A stretch of 63,856 bases of DNA, the filler included, from Craspedostauros australis (lineage: Eukaryota), in the NCBI GenBank assembly GCA_030167865.1. It is 15 parts of 15 records of this genome, joined end to end, with 100 filler letters (N's around TTAATTAATTAA, not from the genome) between each part and the next. Parts side by side here need not be neighbours in the genome. Positions count along the whole stretch, not along the records: positions 47,691 to 50,690 come from JALAGF010006132.1; positions 50,791 to 55,279 come from JALAGF010006133.1; positions 55,380 to 61,978 come from JALAGF010006134.1; 12 more parts are not named here. One strand, written 5' to 3'. Shown here in pieces: positions 47,691-60,800 of the stretch. The first letter of the stretch is position 1; the number at the start of each line of letters is the position of its first letter. The notes under the pieces are model-generated. The model saw only the letters and a program-made list of their open reading frames with translations, was not told where the DNA came from and ran no database searches. Made by a program: the position numbers and the translations under genes.

Positions 47691-50690
47691 CTGGACAGGG
47701 CCCTGAAAGAGGGCGCCTCTCTTGATGACTGGACGGGCATGTTTCACGATGTGTGCTTCAACAAGATGTCCGCACACATGAGCCTGCGCATGGTCAAGCT
47801 GATGGTCAGACTGGTTGCCACCTCCAACAAATTCTCCGGAGGGCTGCGGAAGTCCAAGCAGATCAAGGCAACACACAAGACAGCCGCATGGATTGGTGTG
47901 AGGATGGCACTCATGATGGTCAAAGGCATGCCTCTGGACAACGAAAAAGAAGAACAGGCAAAATTCCCCAACCTGGTGGCAAAACAAGAAACCGTGAAAA
48001 CTAAGACACAAGGTTGTGACGTTTCCGCACAAGCAGCCAAAACCGCAAGACCTCCACAGTGTGAATGATGTGATCAGCAAGTACCACAAAATGTTCTTTG
48101 ACGTCCAACTCCCAATGACGCGTGAAGGCCATGACTCCCCGCTGGTGCAGGTTATTGCCAGTATGAACGCCCTTCGTGCATTCATTTTCAGGGCGGACTC
48201 GAAGGCGCAGATCATGGCGTGGCATAAGAACAACACAATGCGTCCATGGACCTCCGCTGACGTACCATGGTCCACNNNNNNNNNNNNNNNNNNNNNNNNN
48301 NNNNNNNNNNNNNNNNNNNNNNNNNCACAAGGGAGACCCTGAAACAAATTGTGGAGAGTCTCTATGCAAAGACGGGATCGATGATGTACAGCAGACTGTG
48401 GGTTGCTCACAAGCAGGAGATTGAAGCATTTGACAATGACGGTACCCTGAGCATGGCAGCCATTCATTTTTGCAAGTCAGATATCCAGGAGCACAGCATC
48501 GTTGCAGCCAGCTGGTTGTTTGGGAGCCACAGCACTACCAACACTGATGATCTGACGAAGGCAATCAACATGAGCGAACTAGTCCAAAACAAGTTCACAG
48601 TCCAGTTGAGGATCCAGGAGATTCACCTTGTGAGAAAGCAAGGGCAACACCAGGTAGAAGGCAAAGACTACCGCAACAGACCGAGAGCGACACACGTCAT
48701 GTGCGGAGAGTCGCGCTCGTTCCAATGCCAAACAGACAGGAAAGAACTCTTCAACAAATGTGCTGACAAGGTCCGGTTGCTTGACAAGCAGATGCGGTTC
48801 ATGCTTGACACGCTGGACCAAAGATTCCACCACCCCCCTGGAGAACTTGCTAGTCTGAGCTCCATATCAGCCCACCAGGTTCAATTCGAGAAGACTATGA
48901 AAACCCAAGGAGTGTACTCGATTGCACAGCTCGATGTGGAGTTGCCTATTTAGAATCTGACCCTGAGGGAGGTGATCATGAACCTCAGATCGTCCAGGAA
49001 CCCAGACTTCGCTCTCTTCATGTNNNNNNNNNNNNNNAGGATGGACCGCAACAGAACTGTCTTCGTATTCCATCCCAAACGGAGAATCGAAGCGCTGGAA
49101 CTCATTTCGAAGCTCACCTTCTTTTGCAGCAAGAAGCTTGACCATAAATGTCAAGGGTGGTTCACACCAGAGGCGTGGGCACAGAACCAGTATTATGAAG
49201 TAGACTGGGAGACAGGCCTCATTCGGAGCAAGNNNNNNNNNNNNNNNNNNNNNNNNNNNNNNNNNNNNNNNNNNNNNNNNNNAGCTGGTGGCAACTTCCT
49301 CGACCTCGATGCAGAGGAAATGGTGGGGCTCACCCCAGCGGACGTGGGGTGGGAAGGATACGTGGATAAGGACGGGAACATGAAACCATTGTTCACCCTT
49401 GGCGTGTTCCTGACGTTTGACGGCGTCGATGACCAACAGGTCCAGGTGCTGTGGAAGAAGTCGGAGGACTTCGCGGGACAGATGCGTCACGCTCAGCTGT
49501 CTCCGGAAGACGCCAAGTCGGCCCTTACGTTGCGCTTTATCAAGTCCATTGAGTACGTGATGGGGGTTTCTCAACTCACGCGCCATCAGTGGCGGCGCAT
49601 CATGGCCCCAGCACTCTTGGCGGCCCTCCCAAAGATGGGATGCGCAAGAACGTTCCCACGGGATCTGGTGTACGCTCCAGTCTCCCTTGGGGGATTGGGA
49701 GTCCCAAATCCGGTCCATCGGCAAGTGATCAAGCAACTGCAATTGCTTTTTGACGAGGTGCATGGCGACACGTCTACAGGGCGAATGCTCGTGTGCTCAA
49801 TACAGGCGATCAAGGCAGAGCTGGGTATCGGAGGGTCTCTGTTCTCACAACCGTTCGACCAACTGCACCAGTGCGTNACGCCCTGCTGGGTTAAAGGTCT
49901 GTGGCAACAACTCCAGGACACAGGAATCGGAATCATTGAGACCACGGAATCGATAGCTCTACAGCGTGACGGGGACGAGTTCCTCGTCCTGATGTGGTTG
50001 CGTATGGGTCTGAAAGGCGCCGAGCTCTATCACCTGAACATGTGCCGACGACAGCTCGGGATTGCACGAATGTCCGACATTGTTACTGCCGCAGGATCTG
50101 CGCTGGTGGTCGGGGCCATGGAAGGTCAAGACGTTCCAGTCCGAGGACAGCTGTGGGCGCGGCGGCCGGATCGGCTGCCCAGTAGATGGTGGAAGGAGTG
50201 GCGGAGGTGGTGCAAGTCTTTGTGCTATCGAGAACGCATGCTCCAGAGCCCTCTCGGAAAGTGGTACGGGGACGATGGATCGTGGCAGTGGTGGAAGGCG
50301 GCCTTGTCTGAGGAGATCTACGACTCCTACTCGGACCCTGNACGGGTGTTCGTGCCGGTGACCAGACGCCGGACAAGGCAGGCCATGTACCGGCTACAAG
50401 GATCCGTCCAGGGTCTCCCGGAGCTTGTTCATCGGGTGTCGGTCGTCATCACCGAACGAGGGATCACTTGGGACCGCAGGATTGGTCTACATCGTGAGCC
50501 GGATGCACAGCCATCGAGCTACGATCCGGTGGAAGATCTCGGAGGGGATGCCGAATTTGGCCAGATGCTGGAGGCGGCGAGAAACCACAAGCTGGTGGTG
50601 GTGAGCGACGGGTCGTTCAAGGATGCAAGGGGCACCTCTTGCTCCATAATGTTCGACCTTCGTTCCCAACAACACGTGGCGTGTAATACC
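47691..50690 (+). mobile_element. Non-LTR retrotransposon (diatom APE-RT-RNase H, Ambal-like type), internally deleted: ORF1 joined to the post-RT region and RNase H
   Basis: Frameshifted ORF1 (IQEH..WLFGSH, RATHVMC); then TLGVFL, YAPVSLGGLG, TPCWVKGLW and RNase H start VVSDGSFK. Confidence 0.8.
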
Positions 50691-50790
50691 NNNNNNNNNN
50701 NNNNNNNNNNNNNNNNNNNNNNNNNNNNNNNNNNTTAATTAATTAANNNNNNNNNNNNNNNNNNNNNNNNNNNNNNNNNNNNNNNNNNNN

Positions 50791-53700
50791 TCGCGTGTGA
50801 CTGGCCGTATCCAACGAACATAGCTGGTCTGGATCTGTCATCCAGCTTCGCCTTTATCGTGCGGCCTCCGATGTACACCATGCCTATTTCCCCGAAAACG
50901 CGCAACCCATCCACGTAAGTTGGGATCCGGTTATTGAACAGGACGCATGCTGGTTCTCTCGTTTTCGTCCCGATGATATTCTCCAGTTGGGTAGCGGTTC
51001 TGGCCGCCTCGGCCCATAATTTTCCTCGGACNNNNNNNNNNNNNNNNNNNNNNNNNNNNNNNNNNNNNNNNNNNNNNNNNNNNNNNNNNNNNNNNNNNNN
51101 NNNNNNNNNNNNNNNNNNNNNNNNNNNNNNNNNNNNNNNNNNNNNNNNNNNNNCGAACCCTGCGACGAGCAGTTGCTTCTCCGCAGAATAATTTTCTCCT
51201 GCGTTGTCACATCTGATAATTTTCACTCGTGTTTGCTGATTGGTGTGGAGCCATTTAAGCAACAGAATCATTTTTGTTCCAACCTCACTCTTCTCCTTCA
51301 GGAAGTAGCTCCAGCAGTAGTCACTGTAATCATCGAGGACTAGGAGCCAATATTTTCCTTGTCCGTAGCTGTGTGTCTGGACACTCGATGTGTCAATGAA
51401 CAGTCGATCACCAACCTCCTTCGCTCGTGATTGGAGTTTCTTCNNCATGGCCTTCTGCCTTTGTTTGCCAATGGCACAGTCCACACATGCANGCAATTTG
51501 CCTGTGACNTTCCANCCGTATCGTCCCGCTGTGCGAGAGATCGTGTANGTGTCAACATGGCCTAACATTTTATGGATTTGGTTGACGTCCACCGCGGTCT
51601 GGGTGGACACGCCAACATTGGCTTGATCGTGAGGGTGAGGGGCGGTGATCATGTTAACGCCGCTCACGAACCCGCTGTGGGTAGCCATAAGCCGGTCAAA
51701 CGTAATGCGTTGTCCGCGCTTCTCCAGGCTCATCACAACANNNNNNNNNNNNNNNNNNNNNNNNNNNNNNNNNNNNNNNNNNNNNNNNNNGAAGCCGCTC
51801 TCAAGCGCTTTGTTGATGCTGAGGAGGTTCACCCACAATTTGGGCACGAACTTCACGTGCTTGAGGAGGATGGTCGCGGTGGTACCGTTTTTCTGCATTA
51901 CCACCATGCGCTTGTCGCCCACCTTTGTTGCCTTGATGTAGCGACCGCTGCCGATCTTGATGGAGTGGTNNNNNNNNNNNNNNNNNNNNNNNNNNNNNNN
52001 NNNNNNNNNNNNNNNNNNNNNNGCACCTGAGTCGCCCAACCAAGTGTTTGCCTCATGGCGGTCTGGGGCGAGCGTGATGCGGCGTTCTTCGACGCCGTCG
52101 ATGTCACCGACCACCATCGCCATGTCTGGTTGCGGGTTTCTCTCGCTGTAGATGGGGAGTTCAGGGAACGCATTTGGGCTGCGGACTCCATAGTGGCCTG
52201 GGTGGTATTTCCACATGACTTGGAGTGCTCCACGCGAGGCCAGGCTCCCGATGAGTCCATGGTGGATGGCTGGAAACTGCTCCTTCTCCAGCCTTTCGTT
52301 GATAAACGGCATGTTCTTCATGACGTTGAACGGAGTCATCATCCCGATTTCGCGTAGGNNNNNNNNNNNNNNNNNNNNNNNNNNNNNNNNNNNNNNNNNN
52401 NNNNNNNNGAGTGCTCCACGCGAGGCCAGGCTCCCGATGAGTCCATGGTGGATGGCTGGCAACTGCTCCTTCTCCAGCCTTTCGTTGATATACGGCATGT
52501 TCTTCATGACGTTGAAGGGAGTCATCATCCCGATTTCGCGTAGGAGGAAGTAGAGGGTGCGAGCATCCGCGCGATTGCGTCTGTCTCTCGAGTTGTACTC
52601 CTCCACTGTGTCGAGGCACAGCAAGGCAAGCTCGGAGCGCACACTGTCAGCCGGCGTGGCGTTGCTCAATGAGTATCGCACTGCGAGTGCGAGGGACTCC
52701 TCCTTTGCGAGCATTGCGCGGCGTTCGTCGCGTTCTTCGTGAGTTGTCGGTTTCACCACGTCCGTTCCTTCCGGTAGATCGATGAGGAAGGGCTGGTTTA
52801 GGCAATCGACGCAGTACGAGTAGATGTACCCTTGTTTGAAGCACAGTGGGCACGATGCCCATCCTTGGTACATTGCGCGCCCTGCTGCTTCGATCGTCTT
52901 CTCGATGGGAGACTTGTTGGTGGAGAGCGAGAAGACAGGTTCTCTGCAGATGTCTTCCGCTCCGATCNNNNNNNNNNNNNNNNNNNNNNNNNNNNNNNNN
53001 NNNNNNNNNNNNNNNNNGTTGGTAGACTCTTCTTCGGTGCTGACGAGGTCTTCATCGTAGATGACCTCGTCGAAGAACTCGTCGTCTTTGGTGGACTCGT
53101 CGTCGGACGGGAAGAGTTCGCGGTTGATGCGTTCGGTGGCGACCGCTGGTGGTCCGTAGTGACCATACACCCCTGGGTGGTGGGCCGCCCGCTCTTCCGC
53201 CGTCCACTCGGAGCCTTGGTTTGGCTCTTCGTTGCCNNNNNNNNNNNNNNNNNNNNNNNNNNNNNNNNNNNNNNNNNNNNNNNNNNNNNNNNNNNNNNNN
53301 NNNNNNNNNNNNNNNNNNNNNNNNNNNNNNNNNNNNNNNNNNNNAATTTCTTGGGTTGTTACGAGTCTTGGGTTGGTCACATTTTTGACCTCTGTCGAAT
53401 CGATTTCGAACTCGTTGGTGAGGAAACACATCATCTCCGTGCTATCCATAGACTTGTCGTCTTCGGGCAACCAGGAGGGCTCCTCGATCATGGCTAGGGC
53501 AACGTCGTCGGCCTTCTCGTTGGAAGGTAACCACATCTCCTCGTCAACTTCAATGAAGGAGTCGTAGCCTGCCACATCGTCTTCTGCAGTCCGCCACATG
53601 TGTTCTTCGACCATCACGAGGGCGACGTCTGCCTCTTCCCCCATGCTGTCGGTCGCCACGTTTGCGGCCTCGGCTTCTCGCATCGCTGCTTTCAACTTGA

Positions 53701-55279
53701 AGCAGTCGAGGATCTTGTGCCCCTTCTTACCGCAGTACTTGCAGTTTCNNNNNNNNNNNNNNNNNNNNNNNNNNNNNNNNNNNNNNNNNNNNNNNNNNNN
53801 NNNNNNNNNNNNNNNNNNNNNNNNNNNNNNNNNNNNNNNNNNNNNNTTGTGCCCGTAGGCACCGCAGTTGCGGCAGTACCCTTTGAAGCCGCCCGTGGCA
53901 GCGAGAGCCATTTCCTCTTTGGTGTCGCTCTCGCGGCGGTTACTTCCTTGCTTGATGTGACGTGCGTCGTAGGTGGCACTCACTGCTTCACGGATGTCCT
54001 CGATTGACATCGTGNNNNNNNNNNNNNNNNNNNNNNNNNNNNNNNNNNNNNNNNNNNNNNNNNNATTTTTGACCTCTGTCGAATCGATTTCGAACTCGTT
54101 GGTGAGGAAACACATCATCTCCGTGCTATCCATGGACTTGTCGTCTTCAGGCAACCAGAAGGGCTCCTCGATCATGGCTAGGGCAACGTCGTCGGCCTTC
54201 TCGTTAGAAGGTAACCACATCTCTTCGTCAACTTCAACGAAGGAGTCGTAGCCAGCCACATCGTCTTCGGTAGTCCGCCACATGTGTTCTTCGACCATCA
54301 CGAGGGCGACGTCTGTCTCTTCNNNNNNNNNNNNNNNNNNNNNNNNNNNNNNNNNNNNNNNNNNNNNNNNNNNNNNNNNNNNNNNNNNNNNNNNNNNNNN
54401 NNNNNNNNNNNNNNNNNNNNNNNNNNNNNNNNNNNNNNNNNNNNNNNNNNNNNNNGTGTCACCTCTCTTGTTGTTCTTCTTCAAGGCCTTGTTGTTTTTG
54501 TTCTTTGGGGGAGAGCGGCAGTCCGCCTTCTTGTGCCCGTAGGCACCGCAGTTGCGGCAGTACCCTTTGAAGCCGCCCGTGGCAGCGAGAGCCGTTTCCT
54601 CTTTGGTGTCGCTCTCGCGGCGGTTGCTTCCTTGCTTGATGTGACGTGCGTCGTAGGTGGCACTCACTGCTTCACGGANNNNNNNNNNNNNNNNNNNNNN
54701 NNNNNNNNNNNNNNNNNNNNNNNNNNNNCGTAGTCCCTTGCGAGGGCGTTGAGCACGAGCATGTGGTACTGGGTCATGTCCAAGTCGACGCCGGCGTGGG
54801 AGAGGCGTCCGCAGAGCACTTCCATCTCGGTGAGGAACGTGCCCGGGTGTTCTCCCTTCTTCATGCGCATCCCGTTGAGTTGCGCCAACAACTTCGCCTT
54901 CATGGGCGCAGTGCGCTGCTCGTAGATACGCTCAAGAGCCTTCCATGCCTTACGAGGGTCTCCTCCCTCGTAAGCGCTGCTCTTGCATCCCAACACAGCC
55001 ATGAAGGCAACATTGCCTTNGGTGGTTTCATGGCTAATAGCCATGGTCAGTTCTTCAAACGCGTACTTNGCCAATGCCTTCTTGTACTCAGCCTCCTCTT
55101 TAGGAGTCATGGCACTTGGCTTCTTGGCTTCGTCGTCGTCCTTCTTCTTGCCTTTCACAGGGAGGGAAGCAACGGAGGGGACGAACGGTTCTTCTTTCAC
55201 AACCACATCACCCATGTCCTTGAGATACAAGTCTCCATAGCCCTTGCGGTTAGCGCGGGCTAGGAACTTCGCACTCCAA
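50791..55279 (-). mobile_element. Second Ty1/copia (CoDi-like) element: gag, Zn knuckles, extra insert, protease, integrase; gapped, with duplicated segments
   Basis: Gag WSAKFLARA and GDPRKAWKALERIY; CRNCGAYGHKKADC; protease TWLGDSG; HKMLGH...CVDC; VLDDYSD, RCDNAGEN, LWAEAARTA; KAKLDDRSRPAMFVGY. Confidence 0.93.
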
Positions 55280-55379
55280 NNNNNNNNNNNNNNNNNNNNN
55301 NNNNNNNNNNNNNNNNNNNNNNNTTAATTAATTAANNNNNNNNNNNNNNNNNNNNNNNNNNNNNNNNNNNNNNNNNNNN

Positions 55380-56745
55380 AAGTCATAGTTCTTTTCGAGG
55401 AACTTGTTGTCATTGATGGCAGTGGTTTGGTTCACCATCACGAAGAGCGGCTCGAGAGGCTCAACGGCTTGTTCTCTGACCTTGGTGCGGTCCTTTCCTT
55501 CGAGTGCAGCGCGTTCTTCCTTGGTAATGAGGATACGGTTGTTGGCTCGGGTGGCCGCATCATCAGGATCCGCGCTGAAACGTGACATCCTTGGTTGAGT
55601 CGTGGATGAGGCCGAAACGTGGGTCGTGCGAACAGTTGGAATGGCGGTTTCACCGGTTACTGTGTCGGTGACGTCAGCAGGAATTTCGACAGTGCGATTC
55701 GTGTCAGCAAAAATGTCAGGACGAATGTTGCCAGGATCTGCGAGGGCTGACTGGAGTTCCTCAAGGGCTTGGGATTCAAAAGTGTCCAAGGTTAAGTCCA
55801 AAATATTGCCTTCTGCCGGAAGAAGTTCCGGTTCTGTCCGAAGAGGAGTTCTGTCACGCGGAAGTTGTGGTTGCTGCGCGAAGACGCCAGCTGTCTGTGT
55901 GCTGGTGTCCTGTGCAGCGCGTGTTGTTGTGGTTGCTGAAACAGAAGGAGAGGCGCGTCCGCCTGGGTCCTGTGCTGTCTCTTGAGGCGCAGGAGAAGAG
56001 GCTGCTTGAGCGGTCTCGGTCGCTGCAGGTTGTTGCTGAAGAGAGGCAAGTGTTGCGGTCTCAGGTTGTTGTTGTGCGAGAGGAGGGACGGTGATGTCGG
56101 CTGCGGTCTCGACTTGTTCAGGTGGCTGGAGAGGAGGGACGAGTGCGTCGGCTGCGGTCTCTGCCTGTTGTTGTTGTCGTCCGAGAGGAGGGACAGGATT
56201 GTCGGCTGCGGTCTCGGAGAGTGCGACCTCGGGCTCTTCTGCTAGCGAAGGCGGGTCGGAGTTGTCTGTGTCGCTGGAGGAGGTTGCGTTCGTTGTCTGT
56301 TGACGATGCGGGTCCATGAGCTTTGCGTTGTTTTGTTGTTTGTGTTGGGTGATTGCGACGGTGAGAGTTTTGTTTGTGTTTTGGTCGTTGTCGGCAATGC
56401 ACATCCACACGCGGCATCGCTGTGACGGAGCGCGTTCGCCATGGTGCAGTTAGCACCGTTTGGTGCGGCAGGTGACGAACAAGCAGTGCCTGCGGTCCAG
56501 GCTCATAACCTAATTGCTACGGGCAAGTGTGTGTATGTGTGTGTGTGTGCTAAAGTTGAGTTGTGCCCATTGAGAGGGCCCATGGAAGGTCCCATGGGAT
56601 TGTGAGCTTATTCTACTGTGGTCTTGACTTTGCGTCAAGTTTGCTAAATGTTGCGTGCGTCGCGGGCGCTCCTAATCGTGGCGTTGCTAACGCAGCGGCG
56701 TACTGGTTCGGGTTTGGTGTCGTATCGACCAGCTGGACTAACTCA
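55380..56745 (-). mobile_element. Probable 5' end of a copia element: LTR ~56745-56511, PBS 56510-56500, then an ORF from ~56317 with a repetitive N-terminus
   Basis: Minus-strand GGTTATGAGCC is complementary to the tRNAiMet anticodon arm; the ORF has ~57-bp ETAAD..VPPL repeats and then a globular region; no pol domain visible. Confidence 0.55.
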
Positions 56746-57843
56746 TGATAACACCACCACCACTTTCAATGCCATGGCGGCGACCATCGCCACCGCCAAC
56801 GCCATTCTGGGCGTCATCACGGCTGTCTATGCCAACACCGCCACAATCAACACCACCGTCGCTGCCAGCATCATCGTGACCATCGAATGCATCGTGGACG
56901 TTGCCATGTCCGTCATGAAATAGGAGTAGTACCTTCGTGCGCGGTCTGGGGCTGCCGCCGTCAAAATGGAATGGTGGATGTAGATCTTCATGAGCAAGTT
57001 GAAGAAGTGTAGCTGAGGGTTGAATTGGATTGAGGCCTCTGATTATTTATTGTCGATGGCATGGGTGATACCAATTCAGGGTTGTTGACACAAACAGAGA
57101 TACGTGTGAAACGGTTAGAACAGGGTTTTCACGCGAACGCCCGTGTCGCCCAAATGTAGTCGCCAATGAATGATATAGCGGGTCCACACGACCCGATAAC
57201 CCTCATAGTCTGAATCTTTATAGCCTTTCCATTCCTGAAATGTGTTTCGTGTGTGTGATACCATAGACAAATGGAATGACTACGAGGATCACGTAGCCTG
57301 TGGCGAACAAGGCAATTCGCATGCACAAGAAGCTGCAGGAGAAGGGAGACAACCAAGCGCAGAAACCTGAGAATAGCGCAATGAAATGCCCATCATGAAT
57401 AGATCTAGATGATGTCGTCGCGGATGAAAGAGATGCTGGTGAGGTATGTATCGCTAACATTCAACCGTAATTAACCGAAATGACACCATGAAACATCGTA
57501 AGTCACGAACAACCAAGATCCATTTCCGAAATATGAGGTGGAAAATACCTTCCACCTCACTCACTCGGCAAACCGATAGCACTAGTTGTAGAGTTTTTGC
57601 TGTTTTTCTGGCCAGAATGACTCGTGTTTGNNNNNNNNNNNNNNNNNNNNNNNNNNNNNNNNNNNNNNNNNNNNNNAAACCAACGAGTGGCCAGTGGCGT
57701 GACTGGTCGCAACTCACAAAACTGAGCAACAGAGGTTTGCGTTGTTGTCGAACACCCATCATCATCTTATGGCATCACACCTGTCCCCTCTCCNNNNNNN
57801 NNNNNNNNNNNNNNNNNNNNNNNNNNNNNNNNNNNNNNNNNNN

Positions 57844-60800
57844 CTATTTCCTTGATGCTAATACTTTTTCTAATTCTACTAATAGGCTTCGTTTCCTTCT
57901 CCTCATAGGCGTTTCTGCTGTGGGTCTATGTGTTGCCCATTCTGTCATGAGGGTGTTGTAGGTAAAGATACGCTTCGATCTTGGTAATGCTTGCCTGGTC
58001 CGTTCCTGCCACTGGTCACCCGTGCGCATATGGTCCCAATTGACATTTATCTTGGACATGCATAGCATATCCGCTTCGCTTCGCTTTATAAAGTCCAGGA
58101 TAACTTTGTTCTGGAGTTGGCATGCAAGAAGTGGGAATTGAGAGACGTTCTGGAACACGATCCGTATTGATTCGGTGGATTTGTGTGCCATCACATCCCC
58201 ACAAGCATAGTTTTTCCCACTANCTTTGGTGTGATCCTTGTCATGTCGTTAGAGTTCCGCAGCACTGACCTGTGCCAGGTCTGCTTCCGTCCTTGTCATT
58301 CTGGGTATTTTAGGTGGTTGAGCTGCCTTGGCTGTGTGTGGGTTCGTGTTCCTCCTGAAGTTGTGGCTGTTCGCTGTTGGTGCTGCCATTTCTTCGGGCG
58401 AGCAGTGGTGCCTTGTCATACTGCCTATGCCCAGTGATTCACCTACATTCGGCGTTGGTTGCTGGCTCCGCATGGTGGGCCTACTTCTTTGGATAGCCCT
58501 CATGTGTTTGATGTTGTTGTTGTTGTTGTTGGTCTTGTTGTAGTAGATGTTGTGCTCTGCACTTTTACGCTTTCTTTACAAGCTGTTACAGGTGCTGCTG
58601 ACATCACTGTTGCTGGTTCTGTTGTTGCCATTGTGCTCTTTGCCGTTTCTCTTTGTTTCTTCATTGTTGTTGTTTATTCTGTTGGCTCTGTGGCTACTGT
58701 TGGTGGTGGTGATGCTGTGTGTATTGTTGGGTCCTTCGCTGTGTTCCCGCCTGTTGAGATAGTTGTCGCTGCTGTTGTTGTCGCGCGCTTGACTGAGTTG
58801 TGTTTTGGTGTCTCTGCTGTTGCTGTTCCTATTGTTGCCTGTTGATAGTGTTGGCTTGTTTTCTGCCGTTCTCGTTGGGGCTGCGCCTGTGGTTTCTTTG
58901 TTGCTGGATTTTTGCTGAGTCCCTTCCTTCCCACGTATTTACTAGTAACTCTTACTTTGTTTACTCTTGGCTTGCGTTCTGGGGGACACTGCCTGTTGGG
59001 TTGTTGGTGTCCATGAAGTCGGACCCACCTGATTCAGCATCACTGCTGTTCTTGGCCACTAACTTGGATGCCTGCTTTTCACGCGCTTCTTCGCTGCTAC
59101 CATCCTTGCTATCTTCTTCACTGTCCTCCTCGCTGTCATCACTGTTGTCATCACTCATGTCATCTCCTTCTGGAACGGTATTCTCTGGGGCAGACAAGTC
59201 AAAATCCGTTTTTGCTTCGGCGGCCGTCGCGAACCTACCTGGGTTGGCAGTCTTGTGGTGGGCTGTACGCGTGATGGCTTGCGCGATGTGATCAGCTTGT
59301 TGGACCACTGATGCCATCGCAAATGTGCCTACGGTGTTGTTCTCCCCGTTTTTTGTGTGGGGGTTGCTTTCCATTTGCACTTCAAACTTCAACAGCAGGA
59401 CAGGTTTCATGTTTTTGTCCTTATCCACGTATCCTTCCCACCCCACGTCCGCTGGGGTGAGCCCCACCATTTCCTCTGCATCAAGGTCAAGGAAGTTGGC
59501 ACCAGCTTGGACCAGCTGCCCCATCTCCCATTTCCTCCTTGCTCCGAACGAGGCCTGTCTCCCAGTCTACTTCATAATACTGGTTCTGTGTCCACGCTTC
59601 TGGTGTGAACCACCCTTGACAATTATGGTCAAGCTTCTTGCTGCAAAAGAAGGTGAGCTTCGAAATGAGTTCCAGCGCTTCGATTCTCCGTTTGGGATGG
59701 AATACGAAGACAGTTCTGTTGCGGTCCATCCTACCTGTGTCAATCGACATGAAGAGAGCGAAGTCTGGGTTCCTGGACGATCTGAGGTTCATGATCACCT
59801 CCCTCAGGGTCAGATTCNNNNNNNNNNNNNNNNNNNNNNNNNNNNNNNNNNNNNNNNNNNNNNNNNNNNNNNNNNNNNNNNNNNNNNNNNNNNNNNNNNN
59901 NNNNNNNNNNNNNNNNNNNNNNNNNNNNNGCTCAGACTAGCAAGTTCTCCAGGGGGTGGTGGAATCTTTGGTCCAGCGTGTCAGGCATGAACCGCATCTG
60001 CTTGTCAAGCAACTGGACCTTGTCGGCACAGTTGTTGAAGAGTTCTTTCCTGTCTGTTCGGCATTGGAACGAGCGCGACTCTCCGCACATGACGTGTGTC
60101 GCTCTCGGTCTGTTGNGGTAGTCTTCNCCTTCTACCTGGTGTTGCCCTTGCTTTCTCACAAGGTGAATCTCCTGGATCCTCAACTGNACTGTGAACTTGT
60201 TTTGGACNAGTTNGCTCATGTTGATTGCCTTGGTCAGATCATCAGTGTTGGTAGTGCTGTGGCTCCCAAACAACCAGCTGGCTGCAACGATGTTGTGCTC
60301 CTGGATATCTGACTTGCGAAAATGAATGGCTGCCATGCTCAGGGTACTGTCATTGTCGAATGCTTCAATCTTCTGCATATGAGCAACCCACAGTCTGCTG
60401 TACATCATGGATCCCGTCTTTGCATAGAGACTCTCCACAATTTGTTTCAGGGTCTCCCTTGTGGACCATGGTACNTCAGCGGAGGTCCATGGACGCATTG
60501 TGTTGTTNTTATGCCACGCCATGATCTGCGCCTTCGAGTCCGCCCTGAAAATGAATGCACGAAGGGCGTTCATACTGGCAATAACCTGCACCAGCGGGGA
60601 GTCATGGCCTTCACGCGTCATGGGGAGTTGGACGTCAAAGAGCATCTTGTGGTACTTGCTGATCACATCATTCACACTGTGGAGGTCTTGCGGTTTTGGC
60701 TGCTTGTGCAGAAGCGTCACAATCTTGTGTCTTAGTTTTCACTGTTTCTTGTTTTGCCACCAGGTTGGGGGATTTCGCCTGTTCTTCTTTTTCGTTGTTC

